A stretch of 64,000 nucleotides of DNA from an uncultured Bacteroidota bacterium (GCA_902523665.1 CABZAD010000002.1:6263-70262); one strand, 5' to 3'; positions 39,616 to 49,038 are shown, counted from the stretch's first letter. Notes: generated from the letters alone by a model not told the origin. Numbers and translations are program-made.

Positions 39616-41772
39616 TTAAAATTTAATATCTATTCCTAACAGAAAATTTATACCAGATTGCGGGTAATAATAAGTTCCCTCATAGGTTTTTAAACTATCT
39701 CCTTCAGGAAGTTCATATGTATAATATCCACCATAACTACTATATTTTGCATCGAAAATATTATTAATCAATAATTTAATCTTTAATTCATCTGCATAAT
39801 TTGGCATCAAAACTTCGTGTACAACGTTAATGTCATTAATAAAAAAAGAATCCAACTTTGAAATAGGTGAATTGATTTGGGCAAAAAACTGTTCACTAAC
39901 ATAATTTGATCTTAATGAGACTAAAGTTTTATCACTTGGGGAAATGTTAATTATATTATTAGCAATGAAATTAGGGGAATAAGCAATGTCAGTATTTCCA
40001 TAGTTCCTTAACTCTCCATCAAAACTGAAAAATAAATTTTTGTTTTTGTTCTCGCTTATTGAAAAATTTGACTCTATGTTCAAACTTGAATTTATATATA
40101 ATTTAGAATCAACTTCTAATCCTAATCTATAGGACTCTCCAACATTTGTTCTAATCTCATAACCATTAATGTCTCTTTCACCTGTTAATACCAATTGATC
40201 ATCATATAGCATGTAAAAAGCATTTAAATTTATTGAAAAACTACTGAAGGTTCGACGCCATCCCAACTCAAAATCATCAAGTTTCTCAGGGTTAGGGCTT
40301 CCATTTGCATAATCTGCTCGAGTTGGCTCTCTTTGAGCTCGTGCATAGGATATATACAGCTGATTATCTTCATTCTTGTTATAAAAAAGACCAATTTTAG
40401 GATTAAAAAAATTGAATTTTTTATCTATCTTATCATATCCCTCTTCAACATATCCCAAGATTACAGAATAGGGTGTAATACTAGCGTTATAATTTATATT
40501 TCTATATTGAAGATCTCCATATATTAATAACCTTTGAGATAAATAGTAATCAAGCTTAGCATAAAAATTAAACTCTGACTTATTTCCATAATCGTCATAA
40601 AATTTTTCTTTATAGTTATTCAGTTTATTTGAATCTGCGTACCATAAGTACTCTCCAAAATGTTGACCTTCATACTTGTTGTATGATCCACCAACAATTG
40701 CATTATAATTATCAGACTTATCATTTAAACTAAATATTAGACCATAAAAATTATTATCCAGCCATCTTCTGTCAATATTATCTGATGAATTAGTATCAAA
40801 AGCTAAATTGTAACTTTCATAATATCCTCTTCCGTATGTATAATGAAGTCCAAAATTTGAGATCCATCCATTTTCATATGATTGGTTCCAATGAATTTGA
40901 TAATGATCTTGCTTGTAATCCTCATCCTGATTATTGTAATACTGAATATTTCCATTTTTATCATAATATTCACCAGCGGGATTATATTTTCGATTTGATT
41001 CTAAGGTAGACGCATCTATTCCAAACCATGCCTGATCTGTAAGTTCGTGCCCTGCAAAATTTAATAGTTTTAATAAAGTATTTGAATCTTTATACACTCC
41101 CTGTAAAAAATATGAACGAAGTTTTGATCCAGACCTATCAATATAACCACCAGATTTAATTCTTGATAATCTACCTGATAATTCAAATTTATCATTAATA
41201 AATCCAGTAGAAAAACCAACCGAATTTTTTATAGTACTAAAACTCCCAAGTGTATTATTTATTTCAAATGATGCAATATCAGATGCTGCATTTGTCTGAA
41301 TATTTAAACTACCCCCAAAAGCAGCAGAGCCATTAGTTGATGTTCCAACTCCCCTCTGAATTTGAATACTCTCAATTGAAGAGGCGAAATCTGGCAAATT
41401 AACCCACCAAACACCCATAGATTCTGAATCATTATAGGGAACTCCATTGATGGTTACATTTACTCTTGATGGGTCAGATCCTCGAACCCTTATCGAAGAG
41501 TATCCAATACCTGCACCTGGAAAGGATGTAGTTATCACTGAAGGTGTGTTTTTTAGAAGAGTTGGTATATCCTGTGCCAAATTTGTTTTTTCTAAATCTT
41601 TTTTTGAAATATTTACAAATGGGAGTGGAGAATTATCTCTTGCTCTTACTGAGTTAACTGTAACTTCATCTAGATTAACAATATTTGTAAGTGAATCTGA
41701 TGACTGAGTATATTGAATATTTTGAGAGTAGCTATTTATACTTATTAGTATAAAAAATATTTGTTTTTTCAT
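39616..41772 (-). CDS. TonB-dependent outer-membrane receptor (predicted thiamine or thiamine-precursor uptake, from riboswitch context)
   Basis: Signal peptide, plug domain (NVTINGVPYNDSES), about 22 beta-strands and a C-terminal aromatic residue (IDIKF). Immediately preceded by a THI-box. Confidence 0.85.
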   Translation of the reverse strand: MKKQIFFILISINSYSQNIQYTQSSDSLTNIVNLDEVTVNSVRARDNSPLPFVNISKKDLEKTNLAQDIPTLLKNTPSVITTSFPGAGIGYSSIRVRGSDPSRVNVTINGVPYNDSESMGVWWVNLPDFASSIESIQIQRGVGTSTNGSAAFGGSLNIQTNAASDIASFEINNTLGSFSTIKNSVGFSTGFINDKFELSGRLSRIKSGGYIDRSGSKLRSYFLQGVYKDSNTLLKLLNFAGHELTDQAWFGIDASTLESNRKYNPAGEYYDKNGNIQYYNNQDEDYKQDHYQIHWNQSYENGWISNFGLHYTYGRGYYESYNLAFDTNSSDNIDRRWLDNNFYGLIFSLNDKSDNYNAIVGGSYNKYEGQHFGEYLWYADSNKLNNYKEKFYDDYGNKSEFNFYAKLDYYLSQRLLIYGDLQYRNINYNASITPYSVILGYVEEGYDKIDKKFNFFNPKIGLFYNKNEDNQLYISYARAQREPTRADYANGSPNPEKLDDFELGWRRTFSSFSINLNAFYMLYDDQLVLTGERDINGYEIRTNVGESYRLGLEVDSKLYINSSLNIESNFSISENKNKNLFFSFDGELRNYGNTDIAYSPNFIANNIINISPSDKTLVSLRSNYVSEQFFAQINSPISKLDSFFINDINVVHEVLMPNYADELKIKLLINNIFDAKYSSYGGYYTYELPEGDSLKTYEGTYYYPQSGINFLLGIDIKF

Positions 41773-41775
41773 TAT

Positions 41776-41847
41776 AAATTCCTTTCACAGTATTACCTGT
41801 CTAAGTTCTATGGGTTTAATCTCAGCTTACTATAAGCACCCCAATTT
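41776..41847 (-). promoter_or_regulatory. TPP (THI-box) riboswitch
   Basis: Minus strand: AAATT-GGGGT-GCTTA-TAG-TAAGC-TGAGA-TTAA-ACCC-ATAGAACTTAG-ACAG-GTAATA-CTGU-GAAAGG-AATTT, then 5 nt and the ATG. Contains the conserved GGGGUGC, CUGAGA, ACCC and GGUAAUAC elements. P1 (AAAUU/AAUUU), P3 (GCUUA/UAAGC) and P5 (ACAG/CUGU) can pair. Confidence 0.8.
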
Positions 41848-42416
41848 CATTCAAAGTTAATTTTTTTTTCGATAAAATTAATAGCCTGTTGAAATCTATT
41901 TTCAAAATCTGGCCCTAAAATTATATCAAAATCAACATTGTACGATTCAAGCTCATCTTTATGAGCGGAAAACATTTCTTTACGATCATTTGGGCTGTCT
42001 CTTAGATCATCTTTAATCCATGGAACATCAGTATTTAGAATTAAATAATAGTCATACTTTAATAATTTTGCTTGTCTAAGAAGCCATGGATCACAAAAAC
42101 CATCAAAATGGGTTTTTGACCAAGCAATAGTTGTTAGAATATTTGTATCACAAAATATTATTTTTTTTGAATTATTAATATTTAAATTTTCTTGTTCAAC
42201 ATGTCCCTTTGCTATTTCAATAAGGTCCTCTTTAGAGCATACTTCTTTAATATTATCCCATTTACTCTGAAGATAGACTCTTGCATATTCACTTACATAA
42301 TTAGTCTTAAAATAAGATGATAGTTTTACAGTTAATGTTGATTTACCTGTTGATTCAGGACCACAAATAACTACCTTCTTTATTGATGATTCCTTTTGAG
42401 TAATATTTTTTTCCAT
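41847..42416 (-). CDS. NadR-type AAA ATPase/kinase domain protein (ribosylnicotinamide-kinase-like, stand-alone)
   Basis: Walker A VVICGPESTGKST. 189 aa. Overlaps the pnuC-family gene by 37 nt. Confidence 0.65.
   Translation of the reverse strand: MEKNITQKESSIKKVVICGPESTGKSTLTVKLSSYFKTNYVSEYARVYLQSKWDNIKEVCSKEDLIEIAKGHVEQENLNINNSKKIIFCDTNILTTIAWSKTHFDGFCDPWLLRQAKLLKYDYYLILNTDVPWIKDDLRDSPNDRKEMFSAHKDELESYNVDFDIILGPDFENRFQQAINFIEKKINFE
41852..41859 (-). promoter_or_regulatory. Candidate internal -7 promoter box (TAACTTTG) just upstream of the riboswitch
   Basis: Exact TAnnTTTG on the minus strand, inside the last codons of the kinase gene. It ends 4 nt before the P1 helix, so transcription would start about at P1. 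Confidence 0.4.
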
Positions 42417-43009
42417 GAAATGTAGCCTAATATCGCTAAAATTGTAAAAATAATATACTGAAGTGAGGAAATCGTTAATCCTTTATAAAAATAAAGTGGA
42501 ACAGTAATCAAATCTCCAATAATCCAGAATATCCAACTTTCAACCTTCCTTCTGGCCATTAACCACATAGCCACAAAGAAAATAGCGGTTGTTATATTAT
42601 CAATATATGCTGTCCAAGTACCCCATTTCTCGAACTGTACATACACAAAATATATGAATATAAGACTTCCAAGAGCAAGTAGGATTAATTGTGGATATTC
42701 CTTTTTTTCAAGTCTCGAAACATTATTTATAAATAAATCGTCCTTTTTTCTTGTCCAATAATACCATCCATAAATAGACATGATAAAAAAGTATCCATTA
42801 ATTATCATGTCACCTAGTAAAGAGAAATAAAAAAGTATATAGACAAATATTCCTGTTCCAATAAGCCCTGTTGGATATACCAAAATATTATTTTTTTTTG
42901 CATATACAACGCTAATAATATTCATTCCAACTGCAAAACTTTCAAGAAAAATAAATGATTCAGAATATGATGAGTATTGAGAAAACAGAAAATTAATTAT
43001 TTCATTCAT
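42380..43009 (-). CDS. pnuC: PnuC-family vitamin transporter (nicotinamide riboside or thiamine type)
   Basis: 209 aa and about 7 TM segments, with Trp-rich PnuC-like helices (YGWYYWTRKKD, WIFWIIGD). Confidence 0.8.
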   Translation of the reverse strand: MNEIINFLFSQYSSYSESFIFLESFAVGMNIISVVYAKKNNILVYPTGLIGTGIFVYILFYFSLLGDMIINGYFFIMSIYGWYYWTRKKDDLFINNVSRLEKKEYPQLILLALGSLIFIYFVYVQFEKWGTWTAYIDNITTAIFFVAMWLMARRKVESWIFWIIGDLITVPLYFYKGLTISSLQYIIFTILAILGYISWKKILLKRNHQ

Positions 43010-43011
43010 AA

Positions 43012-43626
43012 TTAATTATTTGATTGAGCATAACAGATAATATAATCATCTATTTTAAAAAATATCAAGTCGAATTTATGTTTTTCCTTTCCATTTACAT
43101 AATACCCTTGACCTTTATTATCATATATGTTTTTAATTATAATGTTATCTGAAAAAGAAACTCCGTTGATACCAATTGCTTTATATATAGATTCTTTTGC
43201 GGTCCATATCATTGTTAAGTAATTAACATCAAATTGATATTCATTTTTGATTTTTTCGGTTTCGTTTAAAAACTTATTCTGAATTTTAATTATTTTACTA
43301 TCCTTTAGCTCAATATCAACACCTGTTTTATTGGAATCTGAAAATACAATTGCTGCCATAAAGTTCGAATGAGAAATAGATATGTTTAAATCTGAATTAA
43401 TCGATGGTTTCCCTAACTTATCATATCTAATTTTATAACTTGGATTCTCTAATTCTAAAGTTTTTCTAACAGCTAAAAATTGTTCTCTGGCTAGTTCATT
43501 TTTTCTTGACTCTAAAAGTTTACTATCATAATCATCTAATTCAAAATAATTAAGTTCGCCTAAATTAAGTTTCCATAACTTAATTTTTGTGCTATTATTT
43601 AATACTAATTCTTTTAAAAATGGCAT
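43012..43626 (-). CDS. 4'-phosphopantetheinyl transferase (Sfp type)
   Basis: Motifs GKPSI, ISISHS, GVDIE, WTAKESIYKAIG. Confidence 0.8.
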   Translation of the reverse strand: MPFLKELVLNNSTKIKLWKLNLGELNYFELDDYDSKLLESRKNELAREQFLAVRKTLELENPSYKIRYDKLGKPSINSDLNISISHSNFMAAIVFSDSNKTGVDIELKDSKIIKIQNKFLNETEKIKNEYQFDVNYLTMIWTAKESIYKAIGINGVSFSDNIIIKNIYDNKGQGYYVNGKEKHKFDLIFFKIDDYIICYAQSNN

Positions 43627-43648
43627 TTGATTTATTGTTTAATAAGCT

Positions 43649-43656
43649 TACTTTTG
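43649..43656 (+). promoter_or_regulatory. Candidate -7 promoter box (TACTTTTG) for ahcY
   Basis: Exact TAnnTTTG 16 nt upstream of the ATG at 43673. Confidence 0.35.
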
Positions 43657-43672
43657 CATCATAAATATACAT

Positions 43673-44995
43673 ATGAAAAACAAGACTGATAATAAATATA
43701 CCGCTTATAAAATTAAAGATATTTCACTTGCAGAATGGGGAAGAAAAGAGATCAAGCTTGCTGAAGCTGAAATGCCAGGTCTAATGGCTTTGAGAGAAAA
43801 ATTCAAAAAAGATAAACCTCTCAAAGATGCAAGAATCGCGGGATGTCTTCACATGACAATTCAAACAGCTGTTCTAATTGAGACACTTGGTGACCTAGGA
43901 GCTCAAGTAACATGGAGTTCCTGTAATATTTTCTCAACTCAAGACCGTGCTGCTGCTGCAGTTGCAGCTAATGGAATTCCAGTTTATGCTTGGAAAGGAA
44001 TGAATGAAGAAGAATTTAATTGGTGTATAGAACAAACATTATTCTTCGGAAAAGAAAAAAAGCCACTAAACATGATATTAGATGATGGAGGTGATTTAAC
44101 CAATATGGTTTTAGATGATTATCCTGAACTCGTCTCAGGTATTAAAGGTCTTTCAGAAGAAACTACTACTGGTGTCCATAGATTATATGATAGGATGAAA
44201 AATGGTACGCTTCCTATGCCTGCTATAAATGTAAATGATTCTGTAACTAAGTCGAAATTTGATAATAAATATGGCTGTAAAGAAAGTGCTGTTGATGCTG
44301 TTAGACGAGCGACTGATATTATGCTCGCAGGTAAAAGAGTTGTTGTTTGTGGATATGGAGATGTAGGAAAAGGAACAGCGGCATCTTTCAGAGGAGCTGG
44401 CTCTATTGTCACTGTTACTGAAATAGATCCAATTTGTGCACTTCAGGCATCAATGGACGGGTATGAGGTTAAAAAACTAGAAAATGTAGTTTCAAAAGCA
44501 GATATTGTTGTTACAGCTACTGGAAATAAAGATATTGTCAATCAAAGTTCATTTATGATGATGAAGGATAAAACTATAGTATGTAATATAGGGCATTTTG
44601 ATAATGAGATAGATATGGATTGGCTTGAGTCTAACTTTGGAAGCCAGAAAACAACAATTAAACCTCAAGTTGATTCTTACAGAATTAACAAAGAAAAAGA
44701 AATAATAATATTAGCAGAGGGAAGGCTGGTAAATTTAGGATGTGCAACAGGCCATCCAAGCTTTGTAATGAGTAATTCATTTACAAACCAAGTTCTTGCT
44801 CAAATTGAGTTATGGAATAACTCTAAAAACTATGAGAACAAAGTATATATGCTTCCAAAGAACTTAGATGAAATGGTTGCAAAACTTCATTTAGATAAAC
44901 TTGGAGTCGAACTTGAAGAATTATCAGATGATCAAGCTAAATATATCGGAGTTCAAGTAAACGGACCATATAAACCAGAATATTACAGATATTAA
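43673..44995 (+). CDS. ahcY: Adenosylhomocysteinase
   Basis: Highly conserved ([20 protein letters not shown] site, C-terminal YKPEYYRY). Confidence 0.95.
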   Translation: MKNKTDNKYTAYKIKDISLAEWGRKEIKLAEAEMPGLMALREKFKKDKPLKDARIAGCLHMTIQTAVLIETLGDLGAQVTWSSCNIFSTQDRAAAAVAANGIPVYAWKGMNEEEFNWCIEQTLFFGKEKKPLNMILDDGGDLTNMVLDDYPELVSGIKGLSEETTTGVHRLYDRMKNGTLPMPAINVNDSVTKSKFDNKYGCKESAVDAVRRATDIMLAGKRVVVCGYGDVGKGTAASFRGAGSIVTVTEIDPICALQASMDGYEVKKLENVVSKADIVVTATGNKDIVNQSSFMMMKDKTIVCNIGHFDNEIDMDWLESNFGSQKTTIKPQVDSYRINKEKEIIILAEGRLVNLGCATGHPSFVMSNSFTNQVLAQIELWNNSKNYENKVYMLPKNLDEMVAKLHLDKLGVELEELSDDQAKYIGVQVNGPYKPEYYRY

Positions 44996-45252
44996 GCCTT
45001 AATTGGCTCTATTGAAACAAAAGATTTGTTGTTAGACTTCTTTTTGAACGTGACAATACCATCAATTTTAGCATGAAGTGTGTGATCTTTTCCAAGGTAT
45101 ACATTTTCGCCAGGGTTATGAACTGTACCTCTTTGCCTTACGATTATATTGCCAGCTTGAGCAAATTGTCCACCAAATATTTTAACTCCAAGTCGTTTTG
45201 ATTCAGATTCTCTTCCATTTTTTGAACTACCTACTCCTTTTTTGTGTGCCAT
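44992..45252 (-). CDS. rpmA: 50S ribosomal protein L27
   Basis: [24 protein letters not shown] ... IIVRQRGT. Confidence 0.95.
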   Translation of the reverse strand: MAHKKGVGSSKNGRESESKRLGVKIFGGQFAQAGNIIVRQRGTVHNPGENVYLGKDHTLHAKIDGIVTFKKKSNNKSFVSIEPIKA

Positions 45253-45258
45253 AACTAA

Positions 45259-45660
45259 TTATTTTTTAGCAGTTGTCTTATTTGTAGCTGTATTCTTCTT
45301 TGTAGCTATATTCCTTTTTGTAGCTGTATTCTTCTTTATAGAAGCTTTATTCTCACTAATACCTTGAATAATAATTTCAGTTATTGCTTGTCTGTGACCA
45401 TTTTTAACTTTATAACCTTTACGCCTTTTCTTTTTAAAAACAATAACTTTGTCATCTTTTTTATGAGCAACAACTTTAGCCTCAATAGACGTACCTGTAA
45501 CATTTGGTTTACCAACCTGAACTTTTTTCCCATCATCAACAAGCAAGACGTTATCAAAAGAAACTTTTGAACCTTCTTTTGCATTAATTCTATTTACAAA
45601 AAGTTTCTGATTTTTTTCAACTTTGAACTGGCTTCCTTGTATTTCAACTACAGCGTACAT
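45259..45660 (-). CDS. rplU: 50S ribosomal protein L21 with basic repeat C-terminal extension
   Basis: MYAVVEIQGSQFKVEKNQKLFVNR is the L21 core. The C-terminal 30 aa are KKNTAT-type repeats. Confidence 0.9.
   Translation of the reverse strand: MYAVVEIQGSQFKVEKNQKLFVNRINAKEGSKVSFDNVLLVDDGKKVQVGKPNVTGTSIEAKVVAHKKDDKVIVFKKKRRKGYKVKNGHRQAITEIIIQGISENKASIKKNTATKRNIATKKNTATNKTTAKK
45265..45340 (-). repeat. In-frame 18-nt tandem repeat (about 3.5-4 copies) encoding a K-K-N-T-A-T hexapeptide in the L21 tail
   Basis: Plus strand: tttgtagctgtattcttc / tttgtagctatattcctt / tttgtagctgtattcttc at 45281-45334, with degenerate copies on both sides. Confidence 0.8.
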
Positions 45661-45677
45661 TATTAATTTTTGAATTG

Positions 45678-45685
45678 CAAAATTA
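45678..45685 (-). promoter_or_regulatory. Candidate -7 promoter box (TAATTTTG) for rplU-rpmA
   Basis: Exact TAnnTTTG on the minus strand, 17 nt upstream of the rplU ATG. Confidence 0.4.
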
Positions 45686-45720
45686 AGCTAATTATTATAA
45701 AAAACAAGCCTAATTGAGTA

Positions 45721-46752
45721 TTATAGCTCAATCCAATTATCATTTTTTAATGACCATTCAACAACTTGTTTTATTCGTTCTGTCAGCTTAATTGAGGGGA
45801 TCCAGCCTAATTTTTTCATTTTTTCTCCTGAAAGTGAGTATCTAAGATCATGACCAGGTCTGGAAGAGTGAAAGTCAACCATTTCATACTTTAATTCTTT
45901 TCCCTGAGAAGTTGCAATTATTTTTGCAAGCTCAAGATTATTAAGCTCTTCAGAACCTACGATGTTAAACTTTGGGCATTTAGCACCACCAAAGTCTAGA
46001 TTATAATCAATATTGTTAATTAAAAGAAAATATACAGCTTCAGCAACATCCTCAGCATGAATGTAGTGACGTGAACCTGGAATTTTTCTGGTTTTGTCTG
46101 AGTGAATTGTTACAGTTTCACCATCTCTTATTTTTTTAATACACATTGGTATAAATTTTTCTGGATGCTGTCTTTCTCCAAAAACGTTCATGGTATGGGT
46201 AACATAAACAGGAAGTCTATAAGTATTCTCATAAGCTACTGCTAATTCCTCACCCCCAGCTTTTGTTGCACTATATGGATTTGTTGAGTTATATCTATCA
46301 TTTTCTTTGTAATCAACTCCTTTAGGTGCAGGACCAAATACTTCATCAGTACTAAAATATATAAACCTCTCAAGTCCTTTTTTATCATTAATATATCTTG
46401 CATAATCCAATATGTTAGCTGTTCCTACAACATTATCTAAAACAAATTCCATTGGATAATCAATACTTCTGTCTACATGAGATCCTGCAGCCAAATGAAG
46501 TATAATGTCTATATCTCCTATTTCTTTTTTCATCCATGGATTTATTTCAGATTTTAAATCATGAAATACAACTTTAACCCTTTGTTTTTCTTTAGTTGAA
46601 AGTAGAGAAAGAATACTATCAAGCCTATTGAGATTGCCACTATAGTCAAGCCTATCTAAAGAAACGATACTCCAGTCAGTATTTTTAATTAAAAAATAAA
46701 TTAAATGATGTGAAATAAACCCTGCTCCTCCTGTTATTAAAACTTTTTTCAA
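45721..46752 (-). CDS. NDP-sugar 4,6-dehydratase-like extended SDR (dTDP-glucose 4,6-dehydratase family)
   Basis: TGGAGFISHH Rossmann motif and catalytic YSATK. 343 aa. Confidence 0.7.
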   Translation of the reverse strand: MKKVLITGGAGFISHHLIYFLIKNTDWSIVSLDRLDYSGNLNRLDSILSLLSTKEKQRVKVVFHDLKSEINPWMKKEIGDIDIILHLAAGSHVDRSIDYPMEFVLDNVVGTANILDYARYINDKKGLERFIYFSTDEVFGPAPKGVDYKENDRYNSTNPYSATKAGGEELAVAYENTYRLPVYVTHTMNVFGERQHPEKFIPMCIKKIRDGETVTIHSDKTRKIPGSRHYIHAEDVAEAVYFLLINNIDYNLDFGGAKCPKFNIVGSEELNNLELAKIIATSQGKELKYEMVDFHSSRPGHDLRYSLSGEKMKKLGWIPSIKLTERIKQVVEWSLKNDNWIEL

Positions 46753-46755
46753 ATT

Positions 46756-47607
46756 TTATAAATTTTTAATATAATCCTTTAATCTATCTTTAGGAGTCCA
46801 ATTTAATAATTTTATTGAATCATCATTCTCCCTTAATGTAATTCTATAATTTCCGGGTTGATCAGGAATATAATTGGATTTAACATCAAACCTTTCTTTA
46901 AAGTAATCAAAAAGTGTATTTATACTATAATTAATACCTGTCCCTAATTCCCATGCATCTTTATGATTCAAATCTGAAAAAGCAATTTTTCTGAGGCCAT
47001 CGACTAAATCTAAAACATGGATAAAATCTCTTCTTTGCTCTCCATCTCCAACTATTGGGAGAGGTTCACCCTTAATAATTTTTGCTTTCCAGATACCAAT
47101 TACATTTCCAAATTGTTCATCAGCATTTTCCCCAGGTCCGTAAACATTGTAGAATCTTGCAATTTCAACGTTGATGTTATAAGAGGTTTTATATAATTTA
47201 CAAATTTCTTCTCCTAAATACTTATACATTGCATAGGGAGAATCAGATGGGTTATGATGTTTTGATGATGATCCGGCGTAAATAATTTTTGTATTATTTT
47301 TTTTTGACCATTCAAGAACTTTTGATGTACCGATTACATTTACTCTTAATGACTCTTCAGGATCATGAAAAGAAGGTTGAACTCTAGATTGAGCAGCCAA
47401 ATGAAAACAAAAATCAAAATCATTATCTATTTTATGGATATTGATAATATCATCATCAATATATTTTACATTTTCAATTTGATTATTGACTGAACCTGTA
47501 GAATAATTGTCTATAGAAACAATTTCAAAGTCATCATTTTTTTTTAATTCTTTAATTAAATTAGAACCGATGAAACCTACACCTCCGGTAACTAAAACTT
47601 TTTTCAC
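46756..47607 (-). CDS. NAD-dependent epimerase/dehydratase (extended SDR)
   Basis: TGGVGFIGSN Rossmann motif and YAMYK catalytic pair. 283 aa. Confidence 0.7.
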   Translation of the reverse strand: MKKVLVTGGVGFIGSNLIKELKKNDDFEIVSIDNYSTGSVNNQIENVKYIDDDIINIHKIDNDFDFCFHLAAQSRVQPSFHDPEESLRVNVIGTSKVLEWSKKNNTKIIYAGSSSKHHNPSDSPYAMYKYLGEEICKLYKTSYNINVEIARFYNVYGPGENADEQFGNVIGIWKAKIIKGEPLPIVGDGEQRRDFIHVLDLVDGLRKIAFSDLNHKDAWELGTGINYSINTLFDYFKERFDVKSNYIPDQPGNYRITLRENDDSIKLLNWTPKDRLKDYIKNL

Positions 47608-47613
47608 AACAAG

Positions 47614-49038
47614 CTAGTTTGATTTAAGGTTAATATAACCAAGAACACCTGTGGATTCTCCAACATAATAGATTCTGTTTAAATTACTGTTGAATGAAAT
47701 ATCTCTAATTCTTTCACCAACATTATACTTTCTAATCATCTCTAAGGAATCTTCAATAAGATCATATCTATAATGTATTAAATGTTTTGCCAGAGGTCTC
47801 TCAGATTGATCATTACCAAGAGTTGAGAGAAAAAATTCAAAACTCTCCTTTTTCTCTTTAATTAATTTTACCTCTGATACAGCTGGGTTTTTTTCAAAGT
47901 ATTTAATTGGTTCTACAAAACCATAATCATTATGAGATTTATATATAGGTGCACCTTTTATTATTCTTGACTCATCTCCACCATGAGCATCAGTTTTTGC
48001 ATTTTCAATTGAATAATGAATCCCATATGAAGCTATTGGCCAACCAAAGTTTTGAGTTTCATCAGTTTTATTATTAAAATTAATTTCGTCCCCTCCAGCA
48101 GGTCCATGCTCAGATGATAAAATATAGTTGTATTTTTTGGAGTAGTCAAGTCCTTGGGGATTTCTATGACCATATGATACTATTCTTGATTTTCCATCCT
48201 TTTTATTGATAGCAATTATTTTACCATTATCTAAATTTAAATTTTGAGCACTTGATCTCTCTCTAAAATCTCCCATTGAGAATAGAAGTGAATCTTTCTT
48301 ATAACTTGTAATCCTTCCACCAGATTGAACAGGAGAAAATTCCTTTATTTTAGAGGATATAAAATTTTTTGGAGAGAAAAAATTTTCAAAAGTTAAGCTA
48401 TCAGAAATTTGTGATTTTACTATTGATGTGTTATAGCTATTATCTTCTCCTCTTGAAAGATAAGAAACATAAATTTGGTCGTTATCAATAAAAATATCTT
48501 TAATACCAAACTTTGATATAGTATAAGAATTAAAATAATTGACAGATGCATTTTTTTCAATAAATTCCTCGTTTAAAAAGCTTGAAATATTACTTTTTAC
48601 CGGGTTAAAATTTAGTTCATTATCATTTAAATCAATTAAAAAGAACATACCATTTTTTGTTACATAGAATAGATTTTGCTTATAAAAATCAATATATGCA
48701 GTATTTACTTCATCAAATCCAATGCCAGGAAAAAATGGGGGTAACTTAAAATGATTTAGATTATTTTTTTTTGATAAATTAACGGAAAATACATAATCAT
48801 TATTGTTAATGAAACTAGCAATATCTTTATATTGATCTTTAAGTTTAATCTCATATTTATAAAACCCAAAATCTTTCCCAGTTAAAATATTCTTTAACCA
48901 GCTTAACCTTAGATATACTTTCTCAGGGATATTATCTCTAACTATAACTTTAAGGGGTGATTGAAATACAAAAATTAAAATTATTAGAGATATTAAAGCT
49001 GAAAATAAAACTCTTATAATCCTTCTATTTTTAAACAT
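47614..49038 (-). CDS. Membrane-anchored GSDH-type (soluble glucose/sorbosone dehydrogenase-like) beta-propeller protein
   Basis: N-terminal TM anchor (VLFSALISLIILIFVF). Family motifs YGHRNPQGL, SEHGPAGGDEINF, NFGWP. Confidence 0.65.
   Translation of the reverse strand: MFKNRRIIRVLFSALISLIILIFVFQSPLKVIVRDNIPEKVYLRLSWLKNILTGKDFGFYKYEIKLKDQYKDIASFINNNDYVFSVNLSKKNNLNHFKLPPFFPGIGFDEVNTAYIDFYKQNLFYVTKNGMFFLIDLNDNELNFNPVKSNISSFLNEEFIEKNASVNYFNSYTISKFGIKDIFIDNDQIYVSYLSRGEDNSYNTSIVKSQISDSLTFENFFSPKNFISSKIKEFSPVQSGGRITSYKKDSLLFSMGDFRERSSAQNLNLDNGKIIAINKKDGKSRIVSYGHRNPQGLDYSKKYNYILSSEHGPAGGDEINFNNKTDETQNFGWPIASYGIHYSIENAKTDAHGGDESRIIKGAPIYKSHNDYGFVEPIKYFEKNPAVSEVKLIKEKKESFEFFLSTLGNDQSERPLAKHLIHYRYDLIEDSLEMIRKYNVGERIRDISFNSNLNRIYYVGESTGVLGYINLKSN

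Noticed and set aside
43627-43672. Possible riboswitch (for example SAH type) upstream of ahcY.
   Set aside because: The whole divergent intergenic region is 46 nt with no G/C-rich pairing, too short for any known aptamer.
45265-45340. Short direct repeats that could be mistaken for a mini CRISPR or regulatory array.
   Set aside because: The units are contiguous with no spacers, 18 nt long, in frame, and lie inside the rplU coding sequence. This is a coding tandem repeat.
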